A DNA stretch of 64,000 bases, taken from Pseudomonadota bacterium. GTDB taxonomy: Bacteria; Bdellovibrionota_B; Oligoflexia; Oligoflexales; CAIYRB01. A model generated the notes under the pieces. The model had not been told where the DNA came from. It searched no databases and worked only from the letters and a program-made list of their open reading frames with translations. The DNA lies in assembly GCA_031416315.1 (NCBI GenBank), contig JANOTL010000159.1, positions 1 through 64,000 on the forward strand. The letters run 5' to 3'. The translations under genes and the position numbers were made by a program. How positions within the stretch are numbered: position 1 is the stretch's first letter; each line of letters starts with the position of its first letter. Positions 1-8,215 of this stretch are shown in pieces.

Positions 1-577
1 GCACGTCACCAGCTCGCGGCGCGTCGAGCGCCGCGGCGCCGGGGATCTGTCCGACGGCATATCTCACGGCTTCGTCGCTCGCAGTGATGCCTTCGCAAAC
101 GCGCATGCGATAGCCTTCGCGCGTCGCCATGCTTCCTGGCGTCATCGTCACCTGGCTAAAGGTCGTGCGGCCGGCGCAGTTATTCCAGCCCGGCTTGCCG
201 AGTTGGTCACACGGCCCGCCGAAGGAGGCGATGTTGGTCCGGATGAGCGGCTCGACCATCGGCCCGGCGAACTCGCCGAACGTCTGGTTGAAGATCGAGG
301 CGACGTAGAAGCGGTCACCGAACTTTGCCCGCGACATCGCCGTGCGCGCGATGCCGTACTCGATGCCGTCTGGCGACTCAGCCATGACCGCGGACAAAGA
401 GTCGGCCTTGGTTTCGCCCGAGGACGTGCCTTCGCTATCGTCAACTTCCGCCGCCTTTTTTTGCTTGGTCTTCTTGCCGGCTCGGCTGGGGGTCGCCTCC
501 TTCTTGCTGCAGGCGATCTCGAGCGGCGCGACCACCAAGGTCACGAACGTCAATGCCGTGATCGAGCGCTTAAACAT
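1..577 (-). CDS. Lipoprotein, partial (runs off window start); third gene of the DUF1501 cluster
   Basis: Not in the ORF track. ATG at 577 overlaps the stop of the 570..2267 gene. My translation MFKRSITALTFVTLVVAPLEIAC-SKKE... has a lipobox-like Cys and stays open to position 2. Confidence 0.75.
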   Translation of the reverse strand, partial: MFKRSITALTFVTLVVAPLEIACSKKEATPSRAGKKTKQKKAAEVDDSEGTSSGETKADSLSAVMAESPDGIEYGIARTAMSRAKFGDRFYVASIFNQTFGEFAGPMVEPLIRTNIASFGGPCDQLGKPGWNNCAGRTTFSQVTMTPGSMATREGYRMRVCEGITASDEAVRYAVGQIPGAAALDAPRAGDV

Positions 578-2267
578 TCTTGGCCTTCTCGACCAGGGAT
601 TTGACGCCGCCGTCATCGACGCTGACGAGCGGCGCGAAGTTCTTCATCGGACGCTCGACCTCGAGCAAGGCCGCGACCGTCGACGAGACGTGGCCGATGT
701 TCAGGTTGGCCGTCGTCTTGTCGTGCTCGATCGGGGCGGCGCCGCCCCACGTCCCGGCATAAGCCGGCACAGCGGCGAGCGACGCGCTCGAGTTCGCCGT
801 CACGTTGCCGATGACCAGCGGGGCCTTGATCGCGCCGCTGTAGAGCGACATGACGTTGCCTTCATATCCATGGTCCGAGCCGGTGCCATCGACGCGCGGC
901 GCGCGGCTGAACTCAGAGCAAACCTGGATCACGGTGCGGTCCCAGACGTTCTTCGCCTTGAACACCGCGCGCAGCTCGTAGATGCAGGCTGCGACCGAGC
1001 GATAGAAGTAAGCCCAAGCCAAGGTCGAGATCGCCGTCCCCCCGGCATGGTCGTCGCTCACGTAGAGCGCGTTCACCGGCTGGCCGGCGACGATCATGTT
1101 GGTGTTGACCATCTGGTTCACCGCGAGCAGTACGGCCGAGCCCAAGCCCTCGCCGATCATGAACTCCGCGACGGCGAACCCCTCGGCGATGCTCTGGATC
1201 GCCGTCTCGGCCTTGAAGATCTCCCGCAGATCCGCGTTCTCGATCACCACCGCCGTCGCCTGACCGTTCGGGGTCGCGCGCCGAAACTCGCCCGGCAGGC
1301 CCGCGCCGACCGGCAAGTCGTTGACGCCCGGGACGTCGAGCGCCTTGCAGGCCGCGACGATCCCCGCGTATTTCCCGACCAAGGCGCCGTATATTCCCGG
1401 CAGGTCGCCAAACGTGCGCTTCAGGAGCTTCCTCGCGCTGGCGCGGTCGCGGAATATGCCGGTCGTGCCCGGCATGCGCTTCTCCGCAGCGGCCTGCATC
1501 TTCCCGAGGGCGGCCTCGATCAACTCATCCAAGTTCTCACGCTTGCCGAAGGTCGCGGCCGCTTTGGTCGCAGCGTCGTACTGAAAGGGATCAAGAAACT
1601 GCATCAGCGGGTTGCGCGCGGCATCCTCCGGGAACCATTTCAACTGGCCGACGCCCTGCGGCGAGCTGTAAGCGTCGTCCATCAAACCGCCGGCGACGGT
1701 GACGGCCGGAAGCGGCCGCGGCGATTTGTCGGCGACCAGCCCGTTCAGGCTGCCGGCTCCAGCGAGCGGCATCACCTGCTTCATGCGGTTGTTGGCGTGC
1801 CCGTCCGACTGCATGTCGTAACCGCGGATGATCATCATGTTCGAGGCGAGCTCGGCCATGGCGGCCGCGGGCTGACCGTTCGGACGCGGCAGGCTCGCAC
1901 CCCACAGCTTCGGCATGTTGAGCGTCTCGCCGCCCGCCTGGATCGGCGTCGTCAGATAAGCCGGCATGCCGCCTTGAAAGCCGTTGTTGAGGCCCGCATT
2001 GCGGATGATCTTGTCGGCACCTTCATACGGGTGCAGCGGCAAGTCAAAGTGCCAGCGCGGCGGACCCGATTCGAGATAGACCATCACGTAGTTGCGCGGA
2101 CCATCCTTCGACTGCGCCGCCGCCTCGTGCGAGGCGCTCGCGATCAAGCCGCCGAAGACCGCCGAGAATGGATGCAAGGCCGGAATCGAAGCGCCGGCGC
2201 TGAGCAGCTCGAGCAGCTTGCGGCGGCTCAAGTGGCTGGTGTTTTGCGGTCTGCAGCGCCTGCTCAC
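570..2267 (-). CDS. DUF1501-family Tat-exported protein
   Basis: Twin-arginine motif LSRRKLL. Family-type motifs VYLESGPPRWHFD and SEFSRAP...GSDHG. Confidence 0.8.
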   Translation of the reverse strand: MSRRCRPQNTSHLSRRKLLELLSAGASIPALHPFSAVFGGLIASASHEAAAQSKDGPRNYVMVYLESGPPRWHFDLPLHPYEGADKIIRNAGLNNGFQGGMPAYLTTPIQAGGETLNMPKLWGASLPRPNGQPAAAMAELASNMMIIRGYDMQSDGHANNRMKQVMPLAGAGSLNGLVADKSPRPLPAVTVAGGLMDDAYSSPQGVGQLKWFPEDAARNPLMQFLDPFQYDAATKAAATFGKRENLDELIEAALGKMQAAAEKRMPGTTGIFRDRASARKLLKRTFGDLPGIYGALVGKYAGIVAACKALDVPGVNDLPVGAGLPGEFRRATPNGQATAVVIENADLREIFKAETAIQSIAEGFAVAEFMIGEGLGSAVLLAVNQMVNTNMIVAGQPVNALYVSDDHAGGTAISTLAWAYFYRSVAACIYELRAVFKAKNVWDRTVIQVCSEFSRAPRVDGTGSDHGYEGNVMSLYSGAIKAPLVIGNVTANSSASLAAVPAYAGTWGGAAPIEHDKTTANLNIGHVSSTVAALLEVERPMKNFAPLVSVDDGGVKSLVEKAKNV

Positions 2268-2271
2268 GCGT

Positions 2272-3714
2272 TCACTCCACGCTCACGGCGCGCCGCATGC
2301 CGGCGCGCTTGTAGAAATCCGAGTCGATGATGTCGCTGATCATCGTGACGATGCTCTGGTGCTGCTTGAAGCGCAGACCGACGTCGATCACGAGCTCTCG
2401 GTAGTAGTGGTCCGCAGCGGAGAGCTGCGGATTGTTGGTGTCTCCAAGGTCCTGCAAGCTCACGCGGAGGCCCGTGAACAGCTCGAAGTAGCGCGAGGCG
2501 GCGCACACGTAAGGATCTTCCAAGTCCGCCAGCGTGTCGCCCAGCTGCTGCAGGCCGACGACCGGCTTGTCGACGAGTTCGCCCGAGTAGCTGCGGAAGA
2601 AGATCTTGCCGTCCGGCTTCGAATTGGCGAAATCGGCGCCGGGGATCAGGGCGTGATCGACCATGTGGATGTTGGAGCCGAAGTTGATCTGGTCGAAGTT
2701 GAAAGCGAAGTAGCGCAGGTTCCGCGCCGTGTTGGCCAAAGGGTCCATCGACGAGTGGCACTGCATGCACGCCGCCTGCTTGCGGAACGGCAGCTCGGAG
2801 GCTGCTTCGACGAATGGCTTCGCGTCCTCGAGCCGGATTGCAGGAACGTCGCGGCACAGGAGGTCGCGCAGCACCGCTTTCGACCAACGCCGCGGCACAC
2901 GGATGCCCCCGTCGTTATTCTCGACGGCGCGCCCGAAGTTGAGCTGCAGGAAAGCCTGCGAGCCCAGGACGCCGCCGCCGAAATGCTGGTGCAAGGGGAT
3001 CGGCTTCCCCCAGCCGGCCGGATCGGGGATGATCGACCCGATGAAGGCCGGGTTGTCGGCGGTGCGCATGACGTTGACGAGGTTTCCTGAGGCCGAGAGC
3101 GGCGGATCGAAGCGCGTGGTCACGTTCGCCGCGTTCGTGTACGCCACCGGGGGAAAGCCGGGCTGGCCGAACGCCGCCTCGGGCGCGTCGGGGGAGCGGA
3201 TCGCGAGCATCCCGCTCGATTCGGTGAGCACGGTCGAGTAGGGGACGCTCTGGGTGAACATCGAGCGCGTCACGTAGTGCGCCGGCTCGCCGGGATCGCG
3301 CATCAAGCGGTTCTCGAAGCCGTAGATCTCGCCAAGGGGCAAGGCGGTCAGATAGTTGTCGGAGAGGAACCACGTGCGATGGAAATCGGAGAACGTCTGG
3401 ATGATGCGTTCTTTTTCTTCCTGATTGTCCGTCTCGGCGTTGAACATCCCGCTGAGGAGGATGGCTTTGCACGCTTCGATCGGCTCGAGAGTTCCGGCGA
3501 TGACTTTGAGGGTCAAAGGATGCGCTTTCGGCGCGCGGCGGCGGACGATCGTGCCGTAGCAACGATTGAAGAGCGCGAACGGCGAGATCTCGTCGTTCGG
3601 CAGCGCCGACGCCGCCGCGACGACCGAGGCGCGATCGAACAGGAGCGCGCAAGCGACGCTGGCGAGCAACGCGAGCACTCCCTGAATGCGCGGCTTCCTA
3701 TGAGGAATGATCAA
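2272..3714 (-). CDS. Exported c-type heme protein (DUF1585/DUF1588-like partner of DUF1501)
   Basis: Signal peptide, LLCR motif, CMQCH heme-binding motif, 4-bp gap to the DUF1501 gene. Confidence 0.7.
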   Translation of the reverse strand: MIIPHRKPRIQGVLALLASVACALLFDRASVVAAASALPNDEISPFALFNRCYGTIVRRRAPKAHPLTLKVIAGTLEPIEACKAILLSGMFNAETDNQEEKERIIQTFSDFHRTWFLSDNYLTALPLGEIYGFENRLMRDPGEPAHYVTRSMFTQSVPYSTVLTESSGMLAIRSPDAPEAAFGQPGFPPVAYTNAANVTTRFDPPLSASGNLVNVMRTADNPAFIGSIIPDPAGWGKPIPLHQHFGGGVLGSQAFLQLNFGRAVENNDGGIRVPRRWSKAVLRDLLCRDVPAIRLEDAKPFVEAASELPFRKQAACMQCHSSMDPLANTARNLRYFAFNFDQINFGSNIHMVDHALIPGADFANSKPDGKIFFRSYSGELVDKPVVGLQQLGDTLADLEDPYVCAASRYFELFTGLRVSLQDLGDTNNPQLSAADHYYRELVIDVGLRFKQHQSIVTMISDIIDSDFYKRAGMRRAVSVE

Positions 3715-3752
3715 ACGTGCCCCCGACTCGTCTCCCTGACGCGTTAGGTGAC

Positions 3753-3780
3753 GTATCGGTCTATTTTTTCAGCCGCTTTA
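3753..3780 (-). promoter_or_regulatory. Putative sigma28 (FliA)-type promoter
   Basis: Minus strand TAAAG-N15-ACCGATAC, about 40 bp upstream of the 3714 start. Confidence 0.55.
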
Positions 3781-3834
3781 GACGATTTTCCGTCAGTCCA
3801 GGCCTGATCTAAGGCTGCCGATTCCCTAAGGATT

Positions 3835-4602
3835 TCAGGTGACCAGCATGCCGCCGTCGACCGGGAGCTCGACGCCGGTAACCCAGCCAGCGGCAGGTCC
3901 AGCCAGGAAGACGATGGCATGGGCGACGTCCTCGGGGCTGCCGACGCGGCCCAGGGGATGGAGCTTGGCCGCCTCGGCCATGCCCTTCGCGTAGGCCTCG
4001 GGGCCGTCGTACCGGTCGCGGAACATCGGCGTCTCGATGATCGCGGGCAGGACGCAGTTCACGCGCACGCCGACTGGCCCGAGCTCGAGCGCCAAGCTGC
4101 GCGTCATCTGGCTGAGCGCCGCCTTCGCCGCGTTGTACGCCGCCGCGACCGGTATCGGCTTCACCGCGAGCGTCGACGACACGTTGACCACGTTGCCGCG
4201 CCGCGCCGTGAGCGCCGGCAGAAGATCGCGCGCCAAAGCGAACGGCGCGTCGACGTTCGTAGCGAAGTTGCGGCGCCAGATCTCGTCGGTGGTCGCGGCG
4301 GCGCTCAGCCCGTCGAAGAGCCCAGCGTTATTGACCAGGACGTCGAGCTCTGTTCCCGCGGCGGCCACGAGCCGCGCGCGCACCTCGGCATGCGTGAGGT
4401 CTCCGTCGACGAGCACCGTGGCGCAGCCCGTCGGCAGTTGGCGAACCGTCTCTTCGAGCTTGGCGCGCGTTCGTCCGGCGAGCACGAGCCGTGCTGCGCC
4501 CGACGCGGCGAACGCGAGCGCCGTCGCGCGGCCGATGCCGCTGCCGGCGCCGGTGATCACGGCGGAGAGTCCGTCGAGCCGAAAAGGCGAAGCGGTGCTC
4601 AT
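3835..4602 (-). CDS. Classical SDR oxidoreductase (candidate pterin reductase)
   Basis: TGAGSGIG, NNAG and YNAAK motifs. Start MSTASPF at 4602 overlaps the upstream stop (ATGA). Confidence 0.85.
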   Translation of the reverse strand: MSTASPFRLDGLSAVITGAGSGIGRATALAFAASGAARLVLAGRTRAKLEETVRQLPTGCATVLVDGDLTHAEVRARLVAAAGTELDVLVNNAGLFDGLSAAATTDEIWRRNFATNVDAPFALARDLLPALTARRGNVVNVSSTLAVKPIPVAAAYNAAKAALSQMTRSLALELGPVGVRVNCVLPAIIETPMFRDRYDGPEAYAKGMAEAAKLHPLGRVGSPEDVAHAIVFLAGPAAGWVTGVELPVDGGMLVT

Positions 4603-5015
4603 CGGCGCAAATCGACTTTGTTGTTGGGCGTTTCCTGCAGCACGAGGCGCTCGAGCGCGACCGCCGGCGCCTCTTTCTTCAAGAGCCCGTCGATGCGCGA
4701 CCAGAGCTTCTCCGCGAACAACTCGGTCGTCGGCACGACGCCCTGCATCCAGCTGACGTCGCGATTCAAATTCTTGTGGTCGACGTCGTTCAGCACGCCT
4801 TCGTTGACGACGGCCTTCAGCTGCCGCAGGTTCATCACCATGCCCGTCTCGCGGTCGATCGGGCCGCTGACCGAGACCTCGAGCGTGTAGTTGTGGCCGT
4901 GGCCCTCTGGGTTCGAGCAGGGACCGAAGATCTCGCGGTTCTTCTCCTCCGTCCACTCGGGGCGAAAAAGGCGGTGGCCGGCGCAAAACTGGAAGCTGCG
5001 GGTGACGGTGATCAT
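4599..5015 (-). CDS. 6-pyruvoyl-tetrahydropterin synthase family (PTPS-II-type signature)
   Basis: FCAGHRL, CSNPEGHGHNY (C-x5-HGH), DHKNLN, TTE, LQETPNN. ATGA overlap with the phhA stop. Confidence 0.85.
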   Translation of the reverse strand: MITVTRSFQFCAGHRLFRPEWTEEKNREIFGPCSNPEGHGHNYTLEVSVSGPIDRETGMVMNLRQLKAVVNEGVLNDVDHKNLNRDVSWMQGVVPTTELFAEKLWSRIDGLLKKEAPAVALERLVLQETPNNKVDLRR

Positions 5016-6691
5016 TTGAGCTTGAGCCCATTCTTTATCAGGGATTGGATCGCCGGCAGAAAGCGCGCGGCGTCGCGGGCAAGCGCCGCGTCGAGGTCGG
5101 GGTCGTGGAAGAGCTCGAGGGTCTCGAGTCGGAGTAGCCACTCGTCTGGGAAGTCCCGCGCGACGCTCTCGGCCAGGCGGCGCGCCGCGGCGCGATCCGG
5201 CTGCTCGCGCAGCGCGCGGACCGCAGAATAGGCGTCAAAAGCACGCCTTTCAAGCGCGGTGAACGGCGAGGTGCGCCCAGGGGTCGTCGACGCGGTGCCG
5301 ACGTCGTGCGAGCCGAAGGCCTCGCGATTCGCCGGCCCGCCGTAGACGGAGACGACGCTCGTGCCAACGCCCATGTCGAAGTCGCCCCATTCCGGCCGGA
5401 AGTACACCTCTCCGCCGCGCGTCACCGTGCACTCGCGCCATTTGACGATCAAAAGGCGCTCCGTCTTCGGATCGCGCACGAGCGCGGTGACTTTGCCGCG
5501 TACGACGAAGCCGTTGGTAAACTCCAGCGCGGTGAGGGCGCGCAGGTCTTGGTCCGAGATGCGGGAGGGATCGCGGTCGGGCCAGCTCTTGAAGCGACCG
5601 ATGGGCGTCGAGAAGCCGGTCGGATGCTGCGTCGTTCCTTGGCCTTCGAGCGGCTCCTTGCCGAGGAAGAGCGCCGTCGGGCCTTCGAAACGCACGAAGT
5701 CGAGCCCTTCCGCCGCGACGAGCTTGCCGCTGATCGAAAGCCCAGAGTCGAGCACCGTCGTCGTCACCGTCCGGCCTTTCAGGGCTTGCTCCAAGCCGTA
5801 GGCGCCGCCCCTGTGGAACGCGAGCGTTGCCTCCAATTCGGCGAGCACGTGTCGCAGATGCGCGATGTCCTCGGCGACGAAGAGTTGCGGTTGCGGTTCC
5901 GTGATGTCGTAAGAGACCTCCGTGCACGCGAGCGTCAGCGGCATCTTCCGCACCTTCGGGCCGAGGCAGCTTTGGCTCTCGCCGACCGAGGACAGGAGGC
6001 CGGCGCCATAGATCTTCGGCGAAGTCATGGAGCCAAGGAGGCCGTACTCGACCGTCCACCAGTTCATCCGTGCGACCTTCGTCGCCTCCGAGGCGAACGT
6101 CACGCTCGCGACCGCTTGCTTGAGCAGGCGATCGGCCGACGCTTTCTGGTCCGGCGTGCTGTCCGGATTCTCTTTCACGTCGGAAAGCGTCCGAATCGCC
6201 TCGTAGAGCTCCATGTCCTCGGCGCTGAAGATCGCCTTCTGCGCCATCGCCGCGTACATCGTCAAATAATCGGCGTACTCTGGGTCGGCGATGATCGGCG
6301 CGTGGCCCGCAGCCTCATGCACGATGTCGGGCGCCGGAGTGTAGTGCAGGTGCTCCACTGAGCGCATGTCGTAAGCGATCGGCAGGATCTTGCGCGCCTG
6401 GAAGTCGAGAAAGGCGGCCGGCGGAATGAAGCCGCACACCGGCACCGCCCCCCATCCGAGCTCGCGCAGCTTCTCGTCCATTTCCCGGATCAGCGGGATG
6501 CGGTCCACCGTGATGCCGGTTTTCTTCAGACCTTCGAGGTAGATAGGCACGCCATGCTGCTGAAAGAAGGCGCGCGACTGGCGCATGATGTACCGCCAGG
6601 CCGCTTGGTCGCGGCTGGTGTATTTGTCCTCCGGCTGCTCCACGCAATATTTGCGCAAGTAGGCCGGCAGGGTCTCGACGGTACGGGTCAC
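5012..6691 (-). CDS. phhA: Aromatic amino acid (phenylalanine) hydroxylase, long form
   Basis: YTPAPDIVHEAAGH iron-binding motif, WWTVEYGL, YGAGLLSS, YDITEPQP, plus a C-terminal extension. Confidence 0.88.
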   Translation of the reverse strand: MTRTVETLPAYLRKYCVEQPEDKYTSRDQAAWRYIMRQSRAFFQQHGVPIYLEGLKKTGITVDRIPLIREMDEKLRELGWGAVPVCGFIPPAAFLDFQARKILPIAYDMRSVEHLHYTPAPDIVHEAAGHAPIIADPEYADYLTMYAAMAQKAIFSAEDMELYEAIRTLSDVKENPDSTPDQKASADRLLKQAVASVTFASEATKVARMNWWTVEYGLLGSMTSPKIYGAGLLSSVGESQSCLGPKVRKMPLTLACTEVSYDITEPQPQLFVAEDIAHLRHVLAELEATLAFHRGGAYGLEQALKGRTVTTTVLDSGLSISGKLVAAEGLDFVRFEGPTALFLGKEPLEGQGTTQHPTGFSTPIGRFKSWPDRDPSRISDQDLRALTALEFTNGFVVRGKVTALVRDPKTERLLIVKWRECTVTRGGEVYFRPEWGDFDMGVGTSVVSVYGGPANREAFGSHDVGTASTTPGRTSPFTALERRAFDAYSAVRALREQPDRAAARRLAESVARDFPDEWLLRLETLELFHDPDLDAALARDAARFLPAIQSLIKNGLKLK

Positions 6692-6793
6692 GGGGCGTCT
6701 CCTCGGCTCCCTTCGTTCTACCCGAAACGAAAGTCGTGCGAAAGCGCGCTCGATGCGCTAAAAGCCTGGGGACACTCACGTCCATCTGGAGGG

Positions 6794-7711
6794 ATGAAAG
6801 TGGCTCTGCTCAAGGCCTGGAAGCACCTCGCGCTGGTCCTCGTCGCCGTCTTTTCGGCCGGGGTCGCGCACGCCGACGCGCTGACCCTCTATTTTTACCA
6901 CTCGCCCGGCTTGGATTGGTCCTCCCCGAAACGCCTGGGCCGTAGCGCGATCGACAACACGCGCAGCGGCGCGGCGCACGCGATCGGCCACGTCTCGGTC
7001 GAGGTCGACTGCCAGGCGAGCGGCGGCGCCTACGATCTTTTCGGCGCCACGACGGCCGAAGGCGACGAGACCGAGTACCTCATCCGCGAGCAAGGCTACG
7101 GCCTCGGCATCCTGTTCCACACCTTCAAGGGCCGCTTGACGTCGCGCGCCGAAGTCGAAGCCGAGCTGCCCGCCTGGCTTGCGAGCGGCGCGATGAGCTA
7201 CGCCCGCTTCGAGGTCACGCCGGAAGCGTGCGCGCGTCTGTCCCAGTACGTCACCGAATACCGAGCCTACGACTACGGCTCGCTGTACGGCCTCCCGAAT
7301 CGCCCGCTCTTCCGCGAGGGCGCCGGCTGCACCGCATTCGGCATGAGCTTCCTCGAGGTCGCAGGCCTCTTCGACCCCGCCTTCGAGCGCGCCTTCTCCC
7401 GCGAGCTCTTCGTGCCGCCGCACTGGGTCGGCGGCCCGCTCACGGGGAACTTCGTCCGCCCCATCCGCTTCTTCAATCCCGTCATCTACTCGCGCTGGGC
7501 CGAGCCGGACGAGGAGCACTTCTACATCCATTTCTACGACGCCGACCTGATGCATGACTGGGTCCGCGGCGTTTATGCCGGCACTTCCGAGTTGCCCGCG
7601 TCCCTACCTGCGCCGACGCAAGAATGGCGGGATCAGGCGCCGGGGCTCGTCTTCGATGCGAAGGCGGTTGCCTTGCCGCGGGGGCCGATCTTCAAAGACG
7701 GAAGTTTTTAA
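6794..7711 (+). CDS. Secreted hypothetical protein
   Basis: GGAGG RBS, signal peptide ending AHA-DA. HAIGH and GAGC motifs suggest a possible His/Cys active site. Confidence 0.7.
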   Translation: MKVALLKAWKHLALVLVAVFSAGVAHADALTLYFYHSPGLDWSSPKRLGRSAIDNTRSGAAHAIGHVSVEVDCQASGGAYDLFGATTAEGDETEYLIREQGYGLGILFHTFKGRLTSRAEVEAELPAWLASGAMSYARFEVTPEACARLSQYVTEYRAYDYGSLYGLPNRPLFREGAGCTAFGMSFLEVAGLFDPAFERAFSRELFVPPHWVGGPLTGNFVRPIRFFNPVIYSRWAEPDEEHFYIHFYDADLMHDWVRGVYAGTSELPASLPAPTQEWRDQAPGLVFDAKAVALPRGPIFKDGSF

Positions 7712-7740
7712 CCGCAGTTCTCTGCGGTAAAAAAAACTTC
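7701..7740. terminator. Hairpin between convergent genes
   Basis: GAAGTTTTT-A-ACCGCAG TTCT CTGCGGT-AAA-AAAAACTTC. Confidence 0.45.
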
Positions 7741-8215
7741 AAGCCGACCCATGATGCGCCACAGCAATCTGCGCCGCCGCCGCGAAATTCCGCCGCACCG
7801 TCCCATCCGCGCAACTGAAGATCACGTCCCCCACCATCGGAATCGCCCCCGCCCGCCGCGTGATCGTCACGCTCGGCAACCCGCGCCCCTTGAGCGCCTC
7901 GGGTTTTTGCAAGGACACCCGCGCCGCCACGACCCGGGTCCGCGCATGCGGGTCCGGCGCCAGGAGGTACGCGCACATGGCGAGCCCCGCCGTCTCCAGC
8001 AGCCGAAATTTCCCCTCGACCAGGATCAGCTCCAGGCCCCGGCCGAAGAGCGCGTAATCCAACGTGCGCTCGATGTCGCATCCCGTCGCCGCCGCCGTCA
8101 GATCCAGCCGGATCCGCGCGTCGACGACGACCGTCTGCAGCTGCACGCGCTCCTCGGGAAAGATCCCGACGACGCATTGAACGCTCAGCTCCTCGATGCG
8201 GATTTCGTCGCTCAC
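7739..8215 (-). CDS. folB: Dihydroneopterin aldolase (FolB/FolX family)
   Basis: VVGIFPEER, TLDY, LLE and LQKP motifs. GTG start overlaps the upstream stop (GTGA). Confidence 0.8.
   Translation of the reverse strand: MSDEIRIEELSVQCVVGIFPEERVQLQTVVVDARIRLDLTAAATGCDIERTLDYALFGRGLELILVEGKFRLLETAGLAMCAYLLAPDPHARTRVVAARVSLQKPEALKGRGLPSVTITRRAGAIPMVGDVIFSCADGTVRRNFAAAAQIAVAHHGSA

Noticed and set aside
342..2330. 662-aa plus-strand ORF and many similar long antisense or off-frame ORFs (for example 21233..23551, 24241..26046, 37092..38522)
   Set aside because: Shadow ORFs of real genes in high-GC DNA; Arg/Pro/Ala-rich with no recognisable motifs.
4599..5015. Calling this gene queD (queuosine pathway)
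   Set aside because: The motif is C-x5-HGH rather than C-x3-HGH, there are no que genes nearby, and it is coupled to phhA.
3835..5031. 398-aa extended SDR and 180-aa extended PTPS as given in the track
   Set aside because: The extensions overlap upstream genes; ATGA-coupled starts at 4602 and 5015 fit better.
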